Assembly: GCF_963853765.1 (NCBI RefSeq)
Contig: NC_088859.1
Span: forward strand, 34,286,001 to 34,350,000
DNA from: Magallana gigas
Lineage: Eukaryota
DNA: 64,000 nucleotides
Direction of reading: 5' to 3'
The notes beneath the pieces are model-generated. The model saw only the letters and a program-made list of their open reading frames with translations. It had not been told where the DNA came from and did not search any database. The position numbers and the translations under genes were made by a program. Below are positions 50,501 to 60,639 of this stretch, piece after piece (positions within the stretch are counted from its first letter, which is position 1; every line of letters begins with the position of its first letter).

Positions 50501-53500
50501 TCAATCATACATTGAAATCACTATATTTTAAATTTAGTATTTAAAGTCTATCTAAAGGTACAAAATCATAAAATTTGCTTAAAAAGCAGATTTTTTTAAC
50601 AACTTGAAAAAAACAGCAAGTCTGTTTAGTTTGGCAGTTATGCGAATCTCTTTATTGATCGATGGGGATACATGTAAAAATTGTGGAAATTTTCAGAATT
50701 ACTCATTCAATGCTGGGATTATACAATATTGGCCTAGAGTAACCCACAGAAGAAAATCAATGATTCCGAGTTCCGTTTTTTACGTACAACTTTCCATCCT
50801 ATCCCTAAGCCCCCAAACATGCCAGGATATACTGTGTCTGCAAATCTCTACAGAAGCATGAAAGAAAACTGCAGTAAAATCAATGGAGTTATATGTACCG
50901 GCAGACTGTCGCATTTTATTTAATTGAATCAAAAAACACAAAGAAAATAAATCATTACTTGTGGGATGTTCACAAACATCAAAACTGGCAATGCCCTTTA
51001 CACTTTTCCCATCTAAATAAACTTGATATTTAAATTAAATTAAATTCTCTCTCAAAAAAAAAATACAAAAGTGTGGGTAAAGAGCACACAGAATTATGTA
51101 CAATATTGATTTTTCTTAATAGACAATAAAGCGAGTTATGATATTCTCATACACATGATGACCCTACATAACCCATGCAGACATACGCAGTGGGAATAGA
51201 ACGGTCATATTATCGACATCCCTCTGGTAAAGTCTAGTTCAAACTACTTGTGTAGTACTGGGATAGAGAGCAATAATCTGCTTTTATGAATGCTACTGAA
51301 TGCTATAAGATCAGTCATTAAATTGATTGTCTGGCTTACCAAATCTGATGTTTTATCATTTCCTCTTTCTCCTTTTGTAAAATGAGAAGGCAATTTGTCC
51401 ATCCAGTTAGAAACTTAGCTAGTACTTTTTAGATTCATTAAAGGGAAATATATGTTATTGACTCTTGGTAGTAAAATATTGCATTTTTGACATACGAATA
51501 TACTATATAAATTTTGCTTATCAAAAATGGTCAAGACCTAAAATATAAACATGTAAATAATCACAAATCATTCACGAAAATACTGAAACAAAAAATACAC
51601 AGTAGGTTTAAAAGATTTCAATCTTCATTTAAAAAGGGTGTAATAAATAAGGGTAGGGATGGGAAAAAAATAAGAATTAAAACCTTCAGATTTGAAAATA
51701 TTTACCAGTATAGTTTAGGGTTTTTTTTGTTTGTGTGATTGTGACGCAGATCCAAACATTTGTTTACACCATCCCCTGAATCAATAACCATGCACTTATG
51801 AGGCAAACTTCATCTACGTCAGATATTGTTTAGTGTTTACTGATTTAAGCTGCTGTAGGTATCAAATGATATGGACACATAAATAAATAAAAAATAAACC
51901 AGAATTGTAATCTTTATGTTAATGAAGTTCCAGAAATATTGCTTCATGGTAAAAAAAAAAAAGTAAAGAGTTTGGGAACATTACTTTCTTTTAATTTGTT
52001 TCTAAAGATTTCATGATGTCTTGGATCAATCATCACAAAAATATGTAGAGCAAATATTAAATATTAAAATAAATGAGCTTGATCTTCCTACTTCACAGGA
52101 CAGCTGATTGTAATTAAGGTTGTTTAGAATTTTAATATACATCAAAGGTTGTTACACTTTATGGCCCATCAATAAAGACTTGTTAACAAATCTGTACAAT
52201 TAAATGCTGCAGGTTTAAATGCACTCTACCTCAAAACTGCTTTGACCTATTACGATGGCTCACTACACCTTGATATAGTTTCTCCAATAAGCAGAAAAAT
52301 ACATGATTTTAATAGATAATGATTATAAGAAGTATATGAGTCAAAAAAATGTGCAATTTTGGATAAAGAATCATATTTTCAAAAATTCAATTCAGTAAAT
52401 GTAAACTAAAAGCACTAAGCGGATTGGAACTTATGATCTGCAGTTCACAATCACCACACTTTAACCACTGAGTTATGATGATATTCAACCAAATAGATTG
52501 ATAAAAACATGTTATGAAAACATTTATTTCGCCATCTTGTGATGTAGTGTCTTAAAAAGTATAAGTCTATGTGTAGTGAGGTACCGTAACATTTGTACTT
52601 TCTAAAAAGAAGGATTTTTCCTAAGCTCACTTATGTTTGCATCTTTTTTCCCCCCAGTCAACTACATTGGTCAATCAATAGCTTACGAATCAAGATTTCT
52701 TTATTGAGGGTAGACAATGAAACTATCCAGAAAATTCTACACATTAAATACAAATACATGCAGTAAAATGGTATGTCATTGTGTGTAAATTTGCACATGA
52801 AATTTTAAACTCAAGTCGGAAACACAAAAACTGTACAACATGCATTAATGGTAAGAATTTACTGAATTTTCTTACGTGTTGTAAGCTGATCTTTTCAACT
52901 CCTGCACAGCCTGTGTGAGCTGGGAATGAGTCCTTGAAGCATATATTATCTTTGGCACAGCTTTTAAAAAAGAGATCGAAAAGATGCTGTCATTTTTTAA
53001 TTCAAAGAAGACAAAAAGAAGACTCACATGTATATGACCAAAAACAATATAGCAGTAGTTTACATCACAGATTTCTTTAAATAACAAAACATTGAAGTTT
53101 GATATGCTTTTCTTCAAACATTAACTTTGTGTAATGATTTTTTAAAGGTTCAATTGGTTAATTTCATAAATATTACTCTAACTAATTCACTATTTAACCA
53201 TATTATTTAATCTTGGTTCTTAAAAAATCTTTCCTCCATTACCGAATTCACTCCCTCCCCATGTCATGCCTGTGGTGGACTCGAGACTTTTTTTCAGGGC
53301 CTCGATCTGGTGGTTCTGCAGGCTGCCGTTGTCACCCATCAGTGAGGAGATGTTGGCCTGGCGGTTAAGCTCCACCTGCGCCTTCTTGTCCTGGAGCCAG
53401 GCAAGGGATGAACAGAGAAGAGACAGGGTTTTCCCTGTCCCAGTGGGACTCTCCAGGATTCCATTTACATTCTGCTCATAAACACTGAATATTATTAATG

Positions 53501-53916
53501 GAAAAAAAATTAAAGAGTCTTAATCAAATTCTTCTTTAAGATGCATACAAATCTAATAAATGGGGGACAATGAATTGGAGATTACTGATTTACAATGTAA
53601 CCATTAAGATGCAAATGGCTTTTGATTATGACATGTGAGTGTGCCCAACTATCTAGATTGATCACTTATTAAAAACCTTCTCAAGAGGTGGAAGACTATG
53701 TGTTTATCTATAGCTGCATATTGTATTGGGTTGACATGCCATAGAGCTACAGTTACTTACTTGCAATCAAATAAATTCAAAATGAGCAATTATTAACTTG
53801 GGGAAATTTCTTACCTTTTGCAGACATTCTACCACCTTTTCCATGTAAGTAACCTGACAAGGATATGGATCAAATGGAAAGTTAACATGCACACCTTTCA
53901 CATCCACTAGAGGCAT
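31240..53916 (-). CDS. RTEL1: Regulator of telomere elongation helicase 1 (Fe-S DEAH helicase, XPD family), 34 coding exons, 1189 aa
   Basis: Exons: 53815-53916, 53243-53471, 52876-52960, 49473-49554, 49317-49377, 48811-48895, 46751-46835, 46293-46358, 45996-46152, 45214-45252, 44823-44901, 44522-44622, 44369-44430, 43249-43323, 42942-43020, 42352-42484, 42107-42220, 41877-41917, 41701-41786, 41530-41607, 41331-41408, 41072-41212, 35333-35448, 35123-35246, 34851-35019, 34444-34553, 34293-34328, 34038-34103, 33780-33902, 33447-33591, 32544-32684, 31905-32189, 31593-31690, 31240-31338. Total 3570 nt, all phases consistent. Motifs: [18 protein letters not shown] (Walker A), [32 protein letters not shown] (Fe-S Cys), [61 protein letters not shown], an HHD-like domain and a C-terminal RING. 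Confidence 0.96.
33128..33346. mobile_element. Short TA-flanked MITE in RTEL1 intron 30
   Basis: TA-CTGTGGAATCATT ... AATGATTCCACAA-TA inverted termini. Confidence 0.65.
34182..34230. repeat. (GA)n microsatellite in RTEL1 intron 27
   Basis: Pure GA run. Confidence 0.97.
35606..37723. mobile_element. Non-autonomous Helentron (HINE, Cg_HINE/pearl-like) carrying a satellite array
   Basis: The 5' module is ACAAGAGGCCCATGGGCCACATCGCTCACCTGAG. A central 166-bp tandem array follows, then a (GACA/GACG)n microsatellite at 37645-37671 and a 3' stem-loop GCTCACTTGAGCTTTCAGCTTAGGTGAGCT with a subterminal inverted repeat. Both ends sit in A-runs (a T-rich target on the other strand). Confidence 0.85.
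35950..37470. repeat. 166-bp satellite-like tandem array (Cg170-type), ~9 monomers
   Basis: Equivalent positions recur at 35955, 36121, 36287, 36453, 36619, 36783, 36946, 37112, 37278 and 37444 (period 163-166). The monomer contains GAAGAAGATTTTTAAAGATTTACTC...TGTGGCCCCACCCTACCCC...CTACACTACCTGAGGATGCTTCCACACAAGTTTCAGC. Confidence 0.95.
37940..37966. repeat. C27 homopolymer (G27 on the RTEL1 sense strand)
   Basis: Uninterrupted C run. Other C/G runs lie near 2638-2652, 3076-3088, 4392-4410 (followed by (AC)n), 8853-8868 and 30501-30516. Confidence 0.95.
38905..39100. repeat. 34-bp minisatellite, ~5.5 copies
   Basis: Unit ATATGTAAAACCAGACTTCAACAGAAATCAAAGT, repeated with substitutions. Confidence 0.9.
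39305..40810 (+). CDS. Intronless TRIM-like protein without RING (B-box2 + coiled coil + NHL/beta-propeller), 501 aa, nested antisense in RTEL1 intron 22
   Basis: The 501-aa ORF is uninterrupted. It begins with the B-box [32 protein letters not shown], has a heptad-rich middle region, and ends in NHL-like blades ([74 protein letters not shown]). A splice acceptor (cctatag) lies 20 nt before the ATG. Confidence 0.9.
   Translation: MADTITCAAHPDKLCESYCLQCDVPLCRDCTMGIHQEHKRVDIVEMESIKQVKRREIEEDNAEIQDILIPQFQMENASIEDQIAKTLIRYESIEESADVYRNDWHQEVDRIFEEYHKEIHQTRDKDIALLKNYQRDIKYSLQTMPNIVQHNTEILQSGSHTNAVIQYKSKLTALRKTLPKYEMGMSSFSTPPIQTGQGLCIEFGGIRSFLVSMSSFESLQNSMGHPTYQTRCLLERVIVKAEFSSEVDNLKHIVYNGRNEVWLSGKDGTIRHMNIHGIDLQTLEATNIKYQDIAVNSEGELIYSDYINKCVNIVRGTETEILFESKYAWHPQGIFCTKEGHILVTMRVAGDSCCKLVRYDGEKVIQEIQYDKFGNCLFSRGYKCVFLAENNNGDLCASDTNSCSLIVVNKAGDFRYRYCCDPTLRRKPFVPHHIVTDSQCHIILSDYVNNCLHIFHKDSQYLKCISHPDLDLPVALTIDNDDKLWVGLYVSGKVKVIQYMK
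41446..41504. repeat. (GA)n microsatellite in RTEL1 intron 20
   Basis: Pure GA run. Confidence 0.97.
43635..44209. mobile_element. MITE family M1 copy 2 (RTEL1 intron 13)
   Basis: TIRs are aaggactatatatggta and ttatcatatatagttcttt. It is an inverted homologue of 8969-9550 (shared ggcctaaaatggccccctaaa, gtgacaaaaaa, ctgacgtcat, cataattc blocks). Confidence 0.8.
45286..45701. mobile_element. Tc1/mariner-type MITE (TA TSD) in RTEL1 intron 9
   Basis: TIRs CAGTACCGATCAGACCAAACCTAAC / GTTAGGTTGGGTCTGATCGGTACTG are flanked by TA. There are many subterminal AGTAAACCC / GGGTTTACT motifs. Confidence 0.85.
46857..47362. mobile_element. Tc1/pogo-type MITE (TA TSD) in RTEL1 intron 6
   Basis: TA-CAGTAAACCTCTGTTAAAGCGAA ... 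TTCGTACTAAACGAGTTTTACTG-TA, with repeated TTCGCTATATCC / TTCGTTATATC motifs. Confidence 0.7.
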
Positions 53917-54902
53917 TTTGCAACTTGTTCAGGCACTATCTATGCAGTAGGTATTTCTGGTTTAGTTGCTTTAAACTATCTGTAAAATTGGAGAAAAAAG
54001 TTTAATCTGAGATAGGTTAATGTGCTAAAAAATAGAATTTTTAAAGATATATATAACAACAAAAAAGAGATCAAGGGCTTCAGAACAGGGAAGGCTGTTC
54101 ATATTTTCCAATGGTTCAACAAAAGAGGGAGGGAGCAATTGTAATGCATGTACGGTAGTATTAAACATGGGTAATCAAAGATTCATAGCTCAATGAGACA
54201 AGGTTTCACCTGTACGAGGCAACCTTTATTATAAAGTTTATATCTACATTATAGTTAATAACATTGTGCTGGCAATTAGTACTGCGAGCTCTAACAACAA
54301 TGCCAGGGGAAAGAGAAAATTCAAACTACTGCTAATTTTTACGTACTTCATTTTCTGTTATCAGAATCGTACTCACTATTCCATGAAAATTGCATATGAC
54401 TCCCAATTTTACATTCTCACAGGAGTAGGTAAAATGTATTTTAAAAACTTTTTGCCTTAAAAGGGTACTAAACAAAATATTCTAGAGTTCGCAGATTATT
54501 TTCAGGAGAGTTTAAAAAAAATAAACAGATGACAATTAATGAACCTGAACTGCAAACATTATCTCTGATGTCAAAATCACTTTTTTAAAAGGGGAAAGAA
54601 TTCTGGGTTGAAATTAATCTTACCAGAGATGCACAAATGTTAAATCAAGTTCTCATTAATAAATCAAAATATTGAAGTAATGAGTAATTGTTCATGGAAA
54701 TTTTTTAATCAAATTCTTTTTTTTTTAAAGACACACACAGGTGAAAAATGTTGTTTAATTTTTTTTTATGTTGTTGCATCTTTATTTGGTGAACCCCACA
54801 AATTTCATAATTAATCATTATGATATTTATTTAATATTTTGTTTAGCTCATCAAAACGGTCGCATCATAATACATATTATAAAATGTGATTTGATACAAG
54901 AA

Positions 54903-55562
54903 TCAAAGTACTGAAGTACTGACGGGAGTTGATTTTATCGATTATTATTTATTTTTAAATCAACTTATCTTGCGTGGCAATTAGTTTGTAGTCTGTATTT
55001 AAATTACGCACTTTTTTATAATATGAAATTTTATTAGACTTTTCTGACAAGAAATTAGAGAAACCCCATATGAATCATGTTGTGTAATATTTAAAGATTG
55101 ATTTCAAACTATGTATTAGTAATCAAAACAATTCTTAAAATTGTATGGATCTAATTAGCACTATTGATATCGAACCCTAGTCTCGTTCAACCAGACGCTC
55201 AGCTGTCTTCGTTAATTTCCACCAAGCAGCAGAGCCTCTCTGTTTGTTGGAGATTTACCGAGACAGTCGAGCGTTTGGTTGAACGAGATTATATTAAACT
55301 CTGGCGTAGGAATACATGAGACTACAAAAATAGCTTAATTGTTAGTATTATATAAAATCTGAATATTTTCAAAGTGTTTATAGATAAGTTTTCTTGAAAA
55401 ACAATGCTTTAAATTAGCATACATTACATCGAATTTTTGTATTATTTTTAAGAACTAAGATTTGTCAGCGGTGATGATTTGTGCTTAGGTCCAAACACTG
55501 TTTCACTTTCGGTTTGCCAGAGTAACTGCATAGGAGAGTTGATTAAAATCAACTCCCAAAAA
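54903..55562 (-). mobile_element. Family H1 copy 3 (in the inferred RTEL1 5'UTR intron)
   Basis: Homologous to copies 1 and 2, with a perfect terminal hairpin AGTAC-TGAA-GTACT at 54907-54920 and an internal palindrome at 55179-55290. Confidence 0.8.
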
Positions 55563-56690
55563 TGAAAAGTCATGTTATTTCATACTGTACAAACTATATA
55601 ATAAAATTTCCTACAATCTCCTGCCACACTGCAGGATTCATTCTAACGTTACCCCCTCCCCCCACAAACACACAATACCCCTCATAAAATTCAGGTTTTG
55701 GCATAGAAAACGACTCTAAATTTTGAATTCCTTCAGACGTCCCTGGAGGTAATAACTTATTTTGGCTGGTAAAATTAAAATATCATTGATTATTGATAGT
55801 GAGTGCAGCGCGCCAGGAAATGAAGGGAGTTTTAAGAACCAAAGTGCGAAAAAGAACAAACAACTCTTAATTTAACGTATGTATTTAGAATGAAATTATG
55901 AACCAGCAAAAAAAATATATATAACTTGGAAAACAACAAAGTACAAAGAAAAAATAAAAATTTAAGGTGGTCGCTGATCGAAACGACATTTCATTTTCTT
56001 AAAGGGATTTTATGGTCTGAAACATTTAACTTACTCCATAGCCGAGTGGATAATGTGTCGGACTTCTGATCCGTATACATCCCAAATTCGGTCTTTTGTC
56101 GTTACTTACTGGTATAATTATTTTAGATATTCATTTTTTATCCTCAAACTGCAAATTTTTCACTTATTTGACATTTGTACAGTTTATTTATCATTATATC
56201 TTTCATTATCAAAAAATTTTCTGTTAATTTGAGTGACTTTTCCCAGGTGTGTTATTCCACCTTAACGCTTACACTTTTGATTTAAACACAAATTACATTT
56301 TACAGACTCATCAATTCTCTCCAAATGTAAAGAACAATTTTAGGGGGAAGCAAGTCCATGTATTTGTAAGAATTTTTTTAAACAGAAATATTCTCTTTCT
56401 CTCAAATTCTTTGATGTTAGTTGATAAGTATTACTGTATATCACTTATTTTTTAATATAGTTGTCTAGTTGACGATGCAAGGAAGGCATAAGTGTAATTC
56501 TTGCTTCTTGCTGCGCTCGCCACGACGGTAGCACCGTAATCATATTACGAGCAGCGGTACTATATAGTGGTCCATGAAATAGAGAACATTCGAGCTAAAC
56601 ACTTTTTTCGCTGCAATCAGCAGACATGTGATATATTCTATGATAGCAAAAATGGCAACTATTAACTTCATCGATTTTGTTATGGCTTAC

Positions 56691-56940
56691 CCCATTTTCA
56701 ACATATCTTGAATGTTGTACATGTATTTCACCATGTTCACAGCTGAAAGTTGGCGCGACTTGCAGTAGGGGAAATCCAATGGTCTAACCAATCAAAATGA
56801 AAAGATAAATAAAGTTAACCAATTAAAATAATGCTTGTACGTCACTTCCCCTCCGTGAGAAGCGCGCGATTGGGTTGTAAACGAAGATTTTCAAGAGAGA
56901 TAGACGGTATATCGAAGTACTTCTTGTTGGTGCGTCGAAG
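56691..56940. promoter_or_regulatory. Probable bidirectional promoter shared by RTEL1 (-) and stathmin (+)
   Basis: A local CpG-richer patch carries CCAAT at 56776, 56788 and 56819, ATTGG at 56869, CRE-like TACGTCAC at 56838, ETS-like CACTTCC at 56843, and GCGCGA at 56753 and 56862. A strong minus-strand donor GGG|GTAAGC lies at 56691, and candidate plus-strand donors at 56907 and 56941. Confidence 0.65.
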
Positions 56941-59900
56941 GTTATTTTGCATAATTCTCAAAATGTTATGGATAGTTTTACATCATTTCATCTCCATTTG
57001 ATAATTTTAAGTAAGACCAGACACCACACGTATAACTAAGTTTGATGCAGTTATATAGGTCTAGATAATGTGATTTGATAAATGTAAGTTTTTAAATGAC
57101 TGGAAAACATAATCTCAAAGAGGAACTATGAGTTAACTGTTTTATTTTTTAGCTTAGACATTTGACTAGCTTATTTGATATTGCACAGTTTAATTAGGAC
57201 AGAGACATAAAAAAAAATACACTTGTTTCCTTCACATGTAAAAAAAAAATGGATTGATCTATTGCTAATGATCTTCTCGAACTTTGCGATGACAAAAAAT
57301 GAAGCATATTGCTTGTTTTGATTGCTGTCTCTAAATTGTTCAAACCCAGTAATTTCTTGCCACTATCATTGCACCAAAGTAAATCTTGCAGAAACACTTT
57401 ACAATTGCATGCTGCGTTTAATTTTTTTTTTATTTTTTGGAAGATTCAAGTTGAAGAAGAAAATCGATTTAAGTAAATTAATGTCTTCGAGATAGCAATT
57501 GATCGAGTTTTAAACTATTGACACACTGGGTTGCTTTTATCTTGAACTCCACCAAGAAGGATCCCTCAAGGAATAAGTCTCAGAGATGTGGAAAAAAATT
57601 CTTTTAATGTTTTTGAAAAAAAATCATCTTAAGAAGATTTATTAACAGGAACTTCCAGCTAAACAAGAAAGCAAAGCCCATATTTCATTCTCAACCAATT
57701 TTGTCATCTCCTTCTTGGCAACATCTTATACATGTGATATGTTTTTGATTTTCTACAACAGACAGTGAGATTGCTCATACCAAGCGGTTTGCAATATTTT
57801 TCTAACATAACAAGAGGGGTTTGTCTTTTATAATCTTGATGAATGTTGCCATTGGAATGAATATCAAAGCCTTTTTTACACAGAATGCAGAAATCTTAAG
57901 AATATTTTTTAGTATGAAGGAGTTAAAGGTACCATTATTGTTGTTAGAAATTGTCTCTTTTGTTCTTGGATAGTGAGAATTAAGGTGCAGACGTACTAGG
58001 CAGATATGACTTTTACAACTTATATAAGAAATGGGATGATGTATTGCAGAATTTCTTTTTTCAAATCAGTATCCAATCAGTGTATATTTTAAAGAAATGT
58101 CATTATTTTTCAAATATTGAAAAAAAGGATAATTCAATATTTGAAGATGTTCCACTATTGTTATGGAAGGTTTGGTATTCAATATTGATCAAGGGTTACA
58201 AAGCTCTCAAAGGGGCTTTGGAATCCAGTCATGCTCGAGTTGAAAGATTACTCACCCTCCATCGTGAGTACAGGTAGACTGACTCATACCTCCATATTGA
58301 TTCCTCCATTATTTATCCTCAGGATTCTATTGATTTCCGGGGAACATTCAGAGGAAATGACAAGGATTGAAATACATTCAACTCTCTAGTTTTCCATTAT
58401 CTTGATATATTTGTATTACAAAGTATCATATTACCTAGAGTTTGAAAACTTGCATATCAACCATGATCTTAACTGTTGCACAGCATATATTGTACCATAT
58501 AATGTCCAATTTCTAGTTCATTTAATTTACAACTAAAATAGAACCTAGAAAAACTAGAAATGTTTATTTCAGATTTCTATTTTTCTTATACTCAATACTC
58601 ACATATATAGAGTTTAATTTTAGATTGATGGTGTAAATATTTGAGGGGGGTGAGGATGTTTTATATTGATGATACTTTGCAAGTTATGTTTCTTAAAGGA
58701 CCGAGAGATCAGTCTCTTTTCTGTCGGAATTGGTGGTAGAATGAAGTAAAATTCCAACAATAATGGTCCTCTGTGGACAAACTGATCACGACATCAATAA
58801 TGTTGCTCTAGCAGTCCAGAGCAAATAGAGCTTTAGCATTTTGCAGATAGAGAAAAAAAAACTTCCAAGGAGATATTGGAAGTTTTGTGCAGCGGCAGAA
58901 GCAGGCGGTTTGGTAATGTATTCAGTATGACTAGGGTATGAGTCATCAGTCTGCAGTCCTGCACAGCCATCGGAAGCTCCGTGTCGGAGAGAAGGAAAAA
59001 GTGATTGTAGGCTAGGCTGCAGTGCAAGTCTGGGCTGGGAATAGTTATTCAAGCTGGGTTAGCGTGTGACTTTTTTCCCCTCAGTATTAAAGCATGATCA
59101 GGTATGGATATTGTTGTACATAAAGCCTGTTTAAGGCCTTCTAGATTTTTATTAGTAACTTTAAATTCTTACTTTCAATTAGTTAACGAAATTTTTTCCT
59201 TCAAATTTTTCTGTAAGACATCGAAGATACGAGCATGCTATAACTTTGAATACTAGAATGTTGGGATGACCTTATAATCCCTGGGATGATCTTCATTTAA
59301 GCAATTTTAAAATTTTCAAAAATGATTAATTCTAAAAAAAAAAAAATTAGACCTATAGAAAATACATTGCTTTATAGGTAATGAATATATGAAAAAATGG
59401 TAATGCATACACTGAATTTCTGGAAGTGATAAATAGTAACTGAAAATAATTTGTTTCATGTTAACATGAATGAATTAATGATCAACATTATCTTACGTAA
59501 AATATCAACTGCCTCAAATCTTTATTAAAAATTTAACACACTTATGCTGAAGGTAAACAAGAAATTAACTTCAATAATTGCAATAAATTTGGTGTATCAA
59601 AGGATAAATTGGAGTTACTTTTGTTATTAACATATATTATAACAGGTATAACTGCTATAGGAAAGCTGTTACTGAACAGCTACCCTAAATATACATGTAG
59701 AAATTAAAATTCTGATTTGGGGGCTGATATGGCTGTTAAAATTTTGTGATCCTGACCAAGAGTTTGAATTAGAATAAATTGTTGGCTTTCTAGTGAGGGA
59801 TGATTTTGCATTTTGGTTTCTAGTTTCTTTGTGAAAGTGATTTAATAAGGCATGTAAGAATTGACCTTAATTAAAGTTTATATAGCCATCGAGCATGAAA

Positions 59901-60639
59901 TAGATTGTTGTAAGAGAACTTTTTTTCCTGGGATGTATTTATTGTTTGTATTACATAACCTCATCAAATAATTGGCTGCAGAACTGAGGCTCAATGGTTC
60001 AACTTGGGTTGACAGACAGAGCTACAGTTCCACTTGTACAAACAACTTAAGAAATGAGCGGTGAATTCTCTGGAAACAGTTTGTGACCATAAAATGTTAT
60101 ACAAATCCTTCTCATTAAACATTGTTTGAATGATAAATGTAATTGTATCTTGAAAAAAAGAGTGGACAGTTCATTGGCCATCCATCATTGTTTTAAAATT
60201 TCATCTATGGTTTTCAAAAGTTAAACTCTTCTGACTGGGGTAATTTTGATATTGTAGTTTTAGAATTTGGCACAATGAACTTGTATTTATGTTTAGCAAC
60301 AGGCTTGTCCATCATTTAAAATTTTACTGAGATGCAAAATAATGACAGAACCAAAGTTCTTATGGGGTACAAATATTTAAAGTTTTGATATATTCAAGTT
60401 ATTTTTCTTTTATTTTTTTATTTAATTGTCTTTGACCCAGCAAACCCTTGTGCTAGTGGCAGATCCTATTAAATGAGGTCAGAAGATATATTACGAAGGG
60501 CCAAATTATTGTGATGGGGTTTGTGCAGCTTAATGGAGAACCCTGAGAAGTGAACAATGCATTTCAGTGACATTCATTTCGTTATTCTTTTTACAGGTGC
60601 AAAATCAACCAGTGCCTTTAGAATTGAAATCCATACACA

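Noticed and set aside
51150-51262. GC-richer island in RTEL1 intron 3 as a snoRNA or exon
   Set aside because: The ATGATGA is on the antisense strand with no matching CTGA box or terminal stem, and the splice-like ends alone are insufficient.
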